A DNA stretch of 63,359 nucleotides, the filler included, from Choristocarpus tenellus KU-1152 (Eukaryota; Protista; Phaeophyceae), in the NCBI GenBank assembly GCA_964200185.2. It is 9 parts of 9 records of this genome, joined end to end, with 100 filler letters (N's around TTAATTAATTAA, not from the genome) between each part and the next. Parts side by side here need not be neighbours in the genome. Positions count along the whole stretch, not along the records: positions 8,197 to 20,392 come from CAXNAD020001929.1; positions 20,493 to 40,030 come from CAXNAD020000460.1; 7 more parts are not named here. One strand, written 5' to 3'. Both the position numbers and the translations under genes were made by a program. The first letter of the stretch is position 1, and the number at the start of each line of letters is the position of its first letter. This document shows, piece after piece, positions 12,959 to 24,900 of the stretch. The notes under the pieces are model-generated. The model was not told where the DNA came from, did no database searches, and saw only the letters and a program-made list of their open reading frames with translations.

Positions 12959-15900
12959 GTGAGTCCTTGGTGGACCTGTTCCAGACACTCCCTCGACAAA
13001 GTACGTGGCCAAGTGAACGTGAACCTGTACACTGGGCACACCCCTTTGTGGTTTGCCTCATGAAGGCTACCTGCCCCCTCCTGTATCATCTTTTCCACAT
13101 TCTCAACAATATTCCTGTTCTTGTCAGATGTCAGAACCTTTTTCCTAACCCTTCGTTTTTCTTGGGTATACACAGCGGAACGTTCAAGGTGGTCATCCAT
13201 CCTCTTTTTCCCAACAAATGTTGATCTAATCACACAAGAAATGGTAAAACACACAATTCAAGATAGCAATACCGAGATTAATGTCAGAATAGTATAATTA
13301 GAAGACTGAGAGGTAGTACTACTGCACAAAAAAAAAAGCCGAATAAATGAAAAGTATCCTTGATCACAACTCACAAATCAGACATCACCCAACGACCCTA
13401 CGTGGTGGAGAGGTTCATCTCATATTACGTGGTGGAGAGGTTGGGGGGAAATGATAAATTAAATGTAAGGAGGGAGACAGACCAAAACATATCCTGACAT
13501 TGGGTAGGTTTTGGGAGGTGGGAGTGCGGGTTACCATCACAAAAATTAATGATGACATAAAGTAAGGATCGAGTCAAGGTTAAAGGGTTATGATGGTGGT
13601 GATTAGAGAGTATTTAAAAAAGGAGTAGGGAGGACTGCCAATGAGTGACATAGGAGCGCAAAAGGTTGCTCTATGAGAGGGGGGAGGAAGGGGGCCAATG
13701 AAGTTCATATGAGATGGGTGTGTTTAAATATATATATATACATATATATCAGGAGGGGCGAAATAGATGGTGTGCATTAGAGATGACCTGTTTGCCAATC
13801 AGCGTGCAGGTCTTTTCTCTATAGACCAAAACTCCACCACATGTCATCTCCTGATTGAGTTTGTTCCTATAAGTGAGCAATTCATGGTGACACTGGTAGA
13901 GAGCATAGTGCCTCCAAAATGAGTGGGGAGTGGAGTGGAAAGAAATGATCATGAAGCCAAGAGTTAGCGTTGCCAACAAGAAATAGGGTAGAAAATTGTT
14001 TTACAGAAACTCTGCACTGTGTTTAGTTGACCAATCAGCACTCAACACAAGTTCTTTAAGCCAATGAAGAATGGGAAATGGAAAAATGGATGGGTTCAAG
14101 GGCACGGGGGCAATATTAATCATACGAATGTGGCATAAACAAGGCAAGTAGGGTCCCAATAAACAACTTGCTCTATAACACCATTCAGACACGAGTTGAG
14201 ATTTGAACTGGAATGATGAGTTCAATATGTGCACATAATCTGAATTGCGCAAGCATAAGATAAAACAAAAGAAAGGGGATAAACACGAAGAATAAAGAGT
14301 ATGTGTGTATTGATTTATAGATGTCCAGTGATCAGTGCTCTAGATACACTAGGCATACTATGGGCAAGCAAACAAGTGATTAATTGGTAGCTAGAGTGAA
14401 CGATAACAAGTTCCACACTATATGAGCATCAGAATGGCAATGGTTCCTCTCAGCTCCACCTTCCTCAGTTGATGGAAGTGAGACCATGTACACTTGTAAC
14501 TCTAACATTAATCTAGTACAACAGGTAATACACCATCCTCCACCAACGCACATCACACAACACTTCCACGGTGGAGTCCAGAGTGGGATACTTCGACAAC
14601 CAGTCCATGCACTCACTCCCCCTTCAAAAGATACTTCCATTATCTGGAAGAATCTATCTAGATACATGATCCAGACAAGAGTGCTCAAGAAACTAAACAC
14701 TTGTTCTGGAATGGTGTCAAATCCCTACAGACAATTTGACAATGACACGACAAAATGATGCAAAAACACCGATATAGGCATTCTTGCCCCCACCTGTGGA
14801 AGCGATCCTCCTGGGGTTGAGTGTACACCACAGAACTTTCCTCTGGAACAAATGTCTCAGATATCTGACAATTTGAGAACATTAGGAATTTGACACAAGA
14901 GAAGAGATATAGCCAGTCCCAACAGTCAAAATCAAATTATACATTTTGGGGCTAATAGGAAAAACAGCAAACTGTAGTGACCGGTGGAGAAAAAATTGAA
15001 ATATTACAATAGTGCAACTATGAAAGATAAAATGTGTAAGTTATCTGACACCAAAATTAGATAAATTTCCGATATAAATGTAGAATTATCAAATAATTAT
15101 GGGGAACTAGTTGCTAAAATCAGGAAATTACAAATAATCGTGCTGGTAAAAATATCTATTTATCTAATCAAACTCCTGACTGGTCTTATACTGTGTATTA
15201 GCAAAAAGAAAAAACCTCTGGTGGAGGTATAACCAACAATAGGTTTTAGCAATCTTCCTCATCTTCACTATAAAATATAGAAGAGGGATAAAGAAACAAG
15301 GTTACTGCATACATTCTTAATAGTTACATCAAAATACCAACCTGAAACATCCTAGAGTCCTGAAAAATGGAAAATCTTGATTCTCTCGCAGGTGTTAAAT
15401 CAATTCAATAAATAAAAATACATAAAATAACAGAGAGTACAACCAAAACATCAAAACCTGTCCTATATAACTCTTACAATTACGTACAGGCAATAATAGT
15501 GGCTCTGCATTTTCTCAATTTATCGCTTCAACTTGTGTCACTATCATGCACATCCAAGAATAAAACTCAATACCTTGAACTTTGGCCCATATTCAGCCCA
15601 TAATGGACAATATCTGTCGTGATACTTGGGCCATATTTCTCTGTAAAATCCCTAACCCTGGACTAGGGTTGGCGTTAGTTACTCTTAATGCACATTGTCA
15701 TTGGCAATACAGTGAAAGAGTTTATTTGCTCTACATCACCCATTGTATATTGTATAGCACAAGGCCGTAGCATAACATCCAATATCAGATTAGATTAACC
15801 CTTGACGCCCTTTGTTCAATAGTGCCTAGTGTACAGCAGAAAATTAAAAAAAACAGTTCCATAATAGCTCAATTATCATTCTGCAAAGTAGCCCATTTCC

Positions 15901-18900
15901 ATACTAATGTTCTTTGACAAAAGGAGGATATTTTAAAGTTAGAGAAAGCAAGACATACTTTCTAATTGTCCTAGAAAAAAAGGAAACAATAAGAAAAAGG
16001 AAAACCTATATTCGAGTAAAAGCATCTTAGAGGGAAGAGCCGTGTCCGCTTGGACTCCAAAATCCAATTTTCCGATTTGGATGTAATTTGGCTATCATGT
16101 TTGTTAGTAAGTGTAAGTATCCTTATTCCGTAAAAACCTTTTCATAAAGTATACATTCTACCTACTCCGAAAAATTTCAGAGTTGGCAAAATTTCATCAA
16201 ACACACGTGGGAAGTCAAGCTCCAAACGGAAAAAGGGCAAAATTCATAACCTCTAAGAAACATTCACTGCTTCTACATATTTGCTCTATTGACCTGAATA
16301 ATGCTAGGACTTACTTCAATTTGGTACGCAACATCTGTTCTTTCCTGACATGCACTATTATAGTAAAATAGTGGATTCTTAGCCAGGGTTAGGGCTAGAC
16401 CAATTGTTCCCACTAAATACTTTTTCCACAAGGAATAGACCACATACAACGTCAACTGTAAACAAAAAAATAACTAACTAGTTCTGATCACCTACTGCCT
16501 AATGCACTAGTAGTGAATAAAATGTGCTCAGATGCTCCTTCATACCTTCTTCCTCCTATTGGTGAGCCTCTGGGCCATGTTCAAAGGGTTGGTCACAGAT
16601 CTTGGAGGGCTTTTTTCTGGAGGGCGCACATCTGGGACAATCAAATATTTGGATGGACGGAGGATGCACATATTTTGGTTGGGTATAAGGGCAAGGCACA
16701 ATATAGTCTGTTAGGCTCAGCCATATTGTGCAATACATACATACGACATACGTGACTTGATTGAACACACTATGTGGAGATGAAGGAAGACATATCCCTT
16801 TGCAATATGAAACTGCCTAACTCGTCAACAAAAACCTCAATCTATGTACCTGTTTTAATTTGTTGGCAGCGATTGATAGTGTGCACTGTTGTAGTGGGGA
16901 TTTGCATAGAAAAGGGGTTTTGTTTTGTTGTGACTTTGTTATAACTTTTGAACGTTTTAAGGCTGTCGAAATAAATTAAATAAGCCCTGAAAATATGGCA
17001 CTTAGGTACAACTATGGAAGTGTTCCCCAAGGATTCTTGATATTATTCTCAAAATTGCGCAGGCAAGCCCAGCCAGCAAAATAAAGACATCAATAACCAT
17101 GTACAAAAGTCAGATTTCACAAGTGCCGTGTTCCCCTTTGCCATTGGTATGACTGACCAAACCCATGCTCAAGACGATTTCCATAGCATACAACTTCACT
17201 GCAAGAATTCTACCACTCAGATATCCTTGAGTCCACTTACAGCTCTTAAACTCCAGAGCACCTATTCTCAAAAAATACACAAAAAAAAAAATACACATAC
17301 AATGTCAAACAAAAAAGTGAAGTATAGGGTTACGGTCAGAATTAGTTTTCCAAGTTGAGCGCTTTGGTAGAGTTTTCTCCAAACTGAGAGGCAAATCGCA
17401 CCACAAGCATTCACAAGTACTAAGGAGGGTCAGTAGTACATTTTCTTTTAAGAAGAATCAACAAGGGGATGTGTGCCGCTGTAGGCCAGCCTAATTTGGG
17501 ATGATGAAGGAACAGGTTAAAGGTCTGATGTTCTCACCAGAGGGGATAAAGCAAGACACTCTCCCACACCCTAATCCAACTCATCTACATAGCATACAAA
17601 TGGCTACCATGCTTATGTGTTTTGACATGGGGTATTGGATCAAACATGTATGATAATGGTATAATGACACTACAATTACGTACGCTTGGAATAGTTGAAT
17701 ATAAGCACGTACATCAGATTATTTAAAGCATATTTTATATATATGAATTAGGCCCAAGGTTAGGGTTAGGGTTAGGTGCAGAAGTAGTATTTTCGATCTC
17801 TGTTCCTCAAGAAGCTCTTACCTGCAATAAATGAATGGTATTTTTTTCATTTTTAAATGAAAGTACTGGTCATGCCAACATTCTTCTAACTAGCAATACT
17901 GCTACTATTACCAATAAAAATAAAATATATATATTTAACACAGTCAGATAGTATAGTAACAACCAGAAGAGAGTAAGAGTGTGCAGATCATGCTATAAAA
18001 AGAAGCACACCAAAATAATACAATGCTTGAACCAATGCCTTCCTGAGCCAACAGAGTCAATTCACCCTTTTACATCCTTCAAGTCAAACCTGCTCCTTTC
18101 TTACCAAATACTAATCTCAACATCCACAACCACTACAAGTTCTCACCCTACTACCCACTCCCCTGTGCCCAAGTAGCACCAATACATATACTACAGTTTA
18201 AGGTGCTAGGCTTTCCTACCATCTACGATGAGACCAACGGCCAGAGTAGTCAATGCTGTGGTCCAGGCAACATTGGAATGTCTGTGAGATCCAAGGAAGT
18301 TACCCTGTCCATTCATCTCTTCCTGCATGAAATTTGGCAATGTTTCATGACAATTACCACACAGAGTTGGGGTCATATTGGGTGAGTAATTAGTAGCTGA
18401 AGGACATGAAAGCACACTTGGGTCAGGTGGCATGATATGCGTGAAGGCGTGTGTGGATATGGATGTACCAATGCACTCTACTGATTTGATTTATGACTGT
18501 TAAGTTCTATTGCACATCCCTCCCTATGACTTTCACTTTGGCACATACAACTTCAAGGATGGACTACAGCGGTAGGGATCAAAGGCACAAGTTATGTGAG
18601 ATGATTTGGGATATGGGTAAGAAATGGATCAAACTTTGAAACAGACTCCAAGATATTCTAGCACCAAATTATGCCATGTCTGTCACAGCAACCCCTTTTC
18701 AGTATATTATATTGAACATGTCCAATGCTAAGCACAAGCTGGAATGCAGACATCTGGGCAGATCCTGAGTGTTCAACTCTAACCTTTGTATATATGCTGA
18801 AACTCTTGTCCAACCCTTTTCTAGCATTGTCTAATGTACATACAACAACAGTATCAGAGTCACAGTACTTTGACATTTTGCATAGCAGGCAAACCAGACT

Positions 18901-20166
18901 GACACTTGCAAGTGGGCAGACAGGGATTTTAAAAAATGGCACCTTCCACTCTAGTACTATACTACCTGACATAACAGCATGATAGGTTCTCCAGACCTTG
19001 CCAACAGCTGCACAGTATCAGTAGGAGCAATCTTGCTCTGGATAACATCACAGTACATCGTCTGGGCAGAAACTGTGTGTAGAATTGGCTACTACTAGAA
19101 ATAGCAGCATACTTGAAACTATGAGTACAGCAAAACATTACGGAGCTCTACTCATAGAAAACTGGAATTGCACTGTGTAGAACAAAAAAGCCTTACTATC
19201 CTAGAAAGTCAACAATAACCCTAATCCTAACCCTAGCTCAATATCTTCACTATATGTAAAATAGCATGGCAAGGATTTAGATAGGATTAGAACCAAAGCC
19301 TCATTTTGATACAGTATGATTTAGGACGTACTGCATTCTACAAGTTAAGAGCACATTGAAACAGCACACAAAGCAGTATCCCAAACCTTAAGAGACGTGA
19401 AACCCTAACCTTGAGTACAGAAAGTGTATCATCCAAGGAAATATTTGATTTACATGAACAAATCATTTTCCAATACAGTAGTACCTAGCGCAGCTACTAC
19501 CAAGTATTGGTAACCCTAACCTCAACATACCAAGCACTACTTTAGTAACAAGAAATGCAACATTACTGTGCTGGAAAAAAATGCATAATCTCTTGTGTAA
19601 AGTTAGGCTAGTGCTTGATAGCACGGGATATTAGAAGAGTTAATAGGACAAATGCAAGGTCCACTGAGATATTGATTCAGGGGTATTAGTTAAAGCTCTG
19701 ATCCTTGATGTTTAACAATGAATAACACTCTTGATACTTTGAAGGAGCAGATATATAATATAAAACATGAAAGGTTTGCTGATAATACAACACTGCATGC
19801 AAAAGATTCAATCTTGCAGCCTCTTTTGGAAGCAACATGACAAGTGACAGAGGTGATACAGATACTTAAAAGAACATATATACTCTAACATACTCACGAT
19901 ACATTATCTTGTGGTTAATTTTGATTGCAATAGGACAAGGAATTCAATGTACCGTAATTATTCAATATAAATAGAACAACGCAAAAAAATTCTGTCACTT
20001 TTGGAAGCAGCAGAACAAAAAATAGACATGAGCTGAAATTCAACTTCCACAATAAAAGAGATGCTCTAAGTATCCTTACTGTTATATCAGTGCCCTGGGC
20101 ATCGAGGATTAGGCGTGAACCTCCAGGGTGTTGTCTCGCGAAGGTATCCACATTCAGGACAACCCC
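12959..20166 (-). CDS. Cytochrome b5-like heme-binding domain protein, followed by a possible FAD-binding (cytochrome b5 reductase-like) segment; partial, multi-exon
   Basis: Phase-consistent GT-AG exons 20080-20166, 18220-18322, 16546-16631, 14794-14864 and 12959-13225 give GVVLNVDTFARQHPGGSRLILDAQGTDITEEMNGQGNFLGSHRHSNVAW... (HPGG and second heme His) and ...VCPVYRFTFTWP. The 5' end is lost at the gap and the last exon was not identified. Confidence 0.8.
16014..16269 (+). mobile_element. MITE family A copy (intronic, diverged)
   Basis: gagtaaaagcatcttagaggg ... cctctaagaaacattcactg; flanks ATTC/CTTC. Confidence 0.85.
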
Positions 20167-20371
20167 CTTAAAGAAACAGAAAATAAGCAAAACGTCATAT
20201 AAGGAGGCAAGGTAAGACAAAAAACAGCAACATGAACACATAAAAGCATGGATAGCAAAAAAACTAGGAGGCGAAAGTGAGAAGTAGGATCATGTTACAG
20301 TGAGGTGGACAATAAAGTTTCCTTTCAAGATGGCCAGGGCCCCAGTGGTGGTTGTTGTCTAACTTCCAGGC

Positions 20372-20392
20372 GGGTCAAAGTATCTGGGGGGG
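20372..20392. mobile_element. MITE terminus at contig end
   Basis: gggtcaaagtatctggggggg runs directly into the gap. Confidence 0.6.
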
Positions 20393-20607
20393 NNNNNNNN
20401 NNNNNNNNNNNNNNNNNNNNNNNNNNNNNNNNNNNNTTAATTAATTAANNNNNNNNNNNNNNNNNNNNNNNNNNNNNNNNNNNNNNNNNNNNCCCCTTCC
20501 GATCTCCTTTCCCCTTGTTTACTATTGTCCCAACGGTCTTTGTTTCTGGAACCCCCCCCCCCCCCCCCCCCCCCACTCCCCCCTGCTGTTCCGTTTTTCC
20601 ACTAAAG

Positions 20608-21956
20608 CCAAAACATATTGTCTTCCCTGAGTCTATGCAAATGTCAAGGAATCACTATCACCTTTCATGGAGTCTGAAGACACATAGGAGAATTAAGAAC
20701 GTCATTGTCTTATTGGACTGGACTCCAGACACAACTCAGCTGAGGCCGGTGACTGGGGCCACTGAGGGTAAGGTGGTCAGTGGGGAGCAGGAAACATTGC
20801 TTAAGAAGGCGTTCTCATTGCTGGACTTTGATGGGGATACACGCCTTGGGGAGGAGGAGTTCCAAGATCTGTTGAGGTAAGAAAGGGGTTAGGGTTAGGC
20901 TTAATGGGGAAGATGTAGAAAGAGGGGCGGAGGATTGAGATATGAACGAAATTTGGTGTGCTTTGGGGGGCAAATGCAGTCCTATTGGTTAAATTGTTGT
21001 GAGTGCAGTAGTAGGTCATGTTTGATTGGTGGAATTAAATAAATGTTATTGGTATTCAACCGTGGCCAGTACCCATCGATTTTACTTTTTTGTTTTTTTA
21101 TGTCTATTGTGAAATTAAGAAATAAATTAAGATCAATTCAAATTGGTTCATGTCACCTACTGCTATATATGTATATATATATATTATTATTATTATTTTC
21201 ATGTAGGTAGTGTTCTGTCTCTGCTGATTTTAGGATGTTGCATGTTTGTGATGTGTGATGTGTGAGAGATATTGTATGCGCAATTTGTATATATATATAC
21301 ATACATACATAGGTATTGTAGGGATTGATTGATGTTAGATTAAGGGTTAGGGTTAGGAAGACCTTCTTGTTGTAATGGGTTAGGGTTAGGGTGATAGAGG
21401 GGTATGATACAAGTGGGATTTGTTTGGACTGGTTTGGGATTGTTGAAAGAAGATGAAGATTTTCAAAGAAGGGCATCCATAAGGGAAAAATCCTGACTGT
21501 TGTAGTACCAACTAATCAGCAGCACCCCCTCCTCTTGATCACTTTGGTCCATCATGTATTACTATTTTATTTTTTTTGTTACATAGTTTTATTTTTATTT
21601 TTATGGCATTTGTGTGTACACTTATAGGGTGAGGAATTTGACTGTGGTTTGGTTGTCATGGTGAGACTGATGAGACAACGAGGTTTTGTTATGCTTGTGA
21701 AAGGTGATACGGCAATGACCTGCAGGTATTAATTTCAGTTTTTCAATGCGTGTTGCAGACTATCAATTTTTTTTTTTTTTTAATTGTGAAAAATGAATAT
21801 AAGAGTGGTGTCATAATAAAAAAAGAAAACTATGTTAGCACAGTAGTACACCACTACATCTATAGAAAAATAATATTTACACTAATAGCCTTGATCCTAA
21901 CTGACTGTGTTGTCCTAAAGTTGATCGAGAGATTGGGGAAGTATTAAAAATTGACA

Positions 21957-21994
<38 letters not shown>

Positions 21995-24900
21995 CTCTTG
22001 TGAGGGAAAATCTGATATTCCCTCCAACCATATGTTGACAGGATTGAAAGATCAGTACGACATTATAAGGTATACCACCAATATACATACATACACATAT
22101 AGACATTCACCACTGAAGGTATGTATTCAATACTTGATACTATCACCACCCTCTTTTCTTTTCTTTTTTTTTCTTTTACGGTAGTAAAAAAAAAATGTGA
22201 TTACTGTTACAGTGTTGGTTTCATTTTTTTTTAATTGAGGGATTATTTTGGCAAACTGTAGTATAGACAGACGCCTTCAATGTTCTTAGAAATGGTATTA
22301 GTTTATTAGTTGTATTTGTCTGATCTTTCCTAACTACAGAAGAGATGCTTCAACCAACTTATCCTTACATCTGTTCATGGTGCCTGATGTCTAGTGTATC
22401 TCTCTTAATACTCTCTGTACCTGTGCTGTATACCCTTTTCTGGACATGAATTTTTTTCTTTTTTATTGTTTGTTTTCGATCAGCAAGGGTTAGGGTTAGG
22501 GTTGATGAAGTAAACCTTAAAATGGAGTGTGTAAACTTGAAAATAGTTAAAATAATTGAAATAATTATTGCATACCGATTTTTTGTTAGAAACAATTATA
22601 TCATTTTTTTATATGTAACATTTTGTTTTAATACCTGTGCAATCTGGAAATAATCAAATATAACATAGGGCGCTAGATGTGGATGTGGATAACCCTTCAA
22701 CAGGACGGGCTACTGTAGTCAACATTGCAAGGGCAGCTGGCGTGACAACTCCACTGGTGACCTTTGAACAGGTGCTACTCACTCTCTCTCTATATATATA
22801 TATATATAATGTTGTATCTATTGCTTCAAAGAACTTTCCTGTATCATGATTATTATCAATATTATCACATTTTTGTTTCTTATATTGAAACTGTCAAGGC
22901 ATATGCAATCTTTTTAAATATGTTGTTGTGTTTTAGTAGCTGGTTGTTGTCTCTTCTGTTTTAATGTTATTGGTGCCAATTGAGGGTCATCCATACATAA
23001 ACACACACACATACACAACAACCCACCAGTGCGTGGCATGTAAGTTGTGTATATTTTGTTTATTTTCATCACCCCATTGACAATTTCAAATATAGATAGA
23101 TAAATAGATGAATATGAATATTGACAGTTACAAATATAGAAATAGAGAGAGAGAGAGAGATTCGTACTTGAATATGAAGTACCAACAGAAAATGCAACAT
23201 CAATATTCAGTTAGTATGTTGTGTGTGTGGATGTGTGATGTGTGTTATAGTGCAATGGTACAAGGGTATATCCAATACAAGCATGAACATAGCACCAAAG
23301 ATACTATCTGGGTTTTTTTTAAATGTATAGTCCAATCTGTGTGTACCAATGTGCATGGTGAATAACCCTAACCCTAACCCTAACCCAGCAGTCAAAGAAA
23401 GGGTGCATTCCCCCTAACTTAACCCTAACTCTAACCCTAACCCAACAATCCACCTCAAGGTGAGGGAGTTAATGCGCACTCAGGCGTACGTGCAGATACA
23501 AAAGGATCGCTTCTTGGTGGCACTGTCTCTCTCTGAAGCTGAAAACCTTAGAGGAGCTATTCACATTTGTGGGAGGACTGCGCCACTTGTCCCTGGTCTG
23601 CCTACTGCTGTGGGACTAAGACTGGCCAATGGGACAGTCTTTGATACCTCTCTAGGGTGAGATGAGATACATGCCATGACAGAGTGTTTCCACCTTTTGG
23701 GGTTAGGGGTTTTGGTGATTAGGGGGTGAGGAGTGAAGGGATTATTTTCAGGAATTTGTGTTTTTGAGGTTTTTTTTTGGGGGGCGAGGGGGGGAGAGGG
23801 ATAAGATTGATTAGGTTTTTTTTTTGAGGGGTATTTTTGTTGCGTGTTGGATGGTTTGGTTTTACTGGTTAGGGTTAGGGTTAGGGTCAGTCATACATGA
23901 TGTACTATTTATTATTATTAATAATATTACAATTATACTCTAGAGCTGTATTGAGGGGTGCTTGGTGGTGGAGTGTAGGTAGGGGGATGTGGAGGAGAGA
24001 GGGGAATGAACTTTCAGCTTGTGTGCATTACCTTGAAAAGTACTCTTATTTTTATTCTTATTAATCTACCCATCATTTGTTTGTTATTATTATTAATATT
24101 TGCTCTCGTTATTATTATTATTTTCTAGGTATGTGAAGCCTCTGCCATATCAGCTGGGTATACAGGAACAGTGCTTCAGATTCCTTGATTCTGAGACTAA
24201 GTATCAGGACAGGGAGCTGGACTTGCTGCTGAGAGGGGTACAAGACAATGAGAAGTGAGTATACTGTACTGTACTAAATAAATTGGGGTTAGGGTTAGGG
24301 TTAGGGTTACTAGGGTTACTAGGGTCGTGGAATTATGTCAAAGGGTTGGAAGGGGGAGATTAGGAGATTTGGGAATATGTTTCTTCTTGAATTAAGAAAA
24401 TTACACTATTAATCTCAATTTATATTCATATTCATCTATGTATCTCACGCAAGCAGACCAGGTATTATATTTCACAGACCAGTATTGTTCAGTAAATATT
24501 ATGTTTTCTATTTCATTTTATAGGTCTTAATGATGGATATGATAGCATATGATAGTAGTAGTAATATTTCTTATTGTTTGTGTTAGACTTTTTTATTTCT
24601 ACTGCATTTGAAGAGAAATCAATAGTTTTGTACACCCAAGATTTTTCTTCAGGATGTCCCTTGAATTGTATTTTTTTATTGGAACCAGTGTGAACCAATA
24701 GAGTCAGATTTTTTTAACTTGGCACGCCTTCCACCACCATCATGAGTTTTTGAAAAAAATATGTATCTTTCTACCAGTGTTTTTTAATAACAATAATAAT
24801 AATAATGATAATCAGATGGTTGTAGGAAAGTACTTGCCTAGGTAGTGACAAAGTTCTTCCTTAATATGATACTATTTTATTTATTTATTCAATTATATAT

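Noticed and set aside
17780-17822. Extra exon of the cytochrome b5 gene (ttgcag|GTAAGAGC...)
   Set aside because: It reaches a stop with no donor, and the exon chain is phase-consistent without it.
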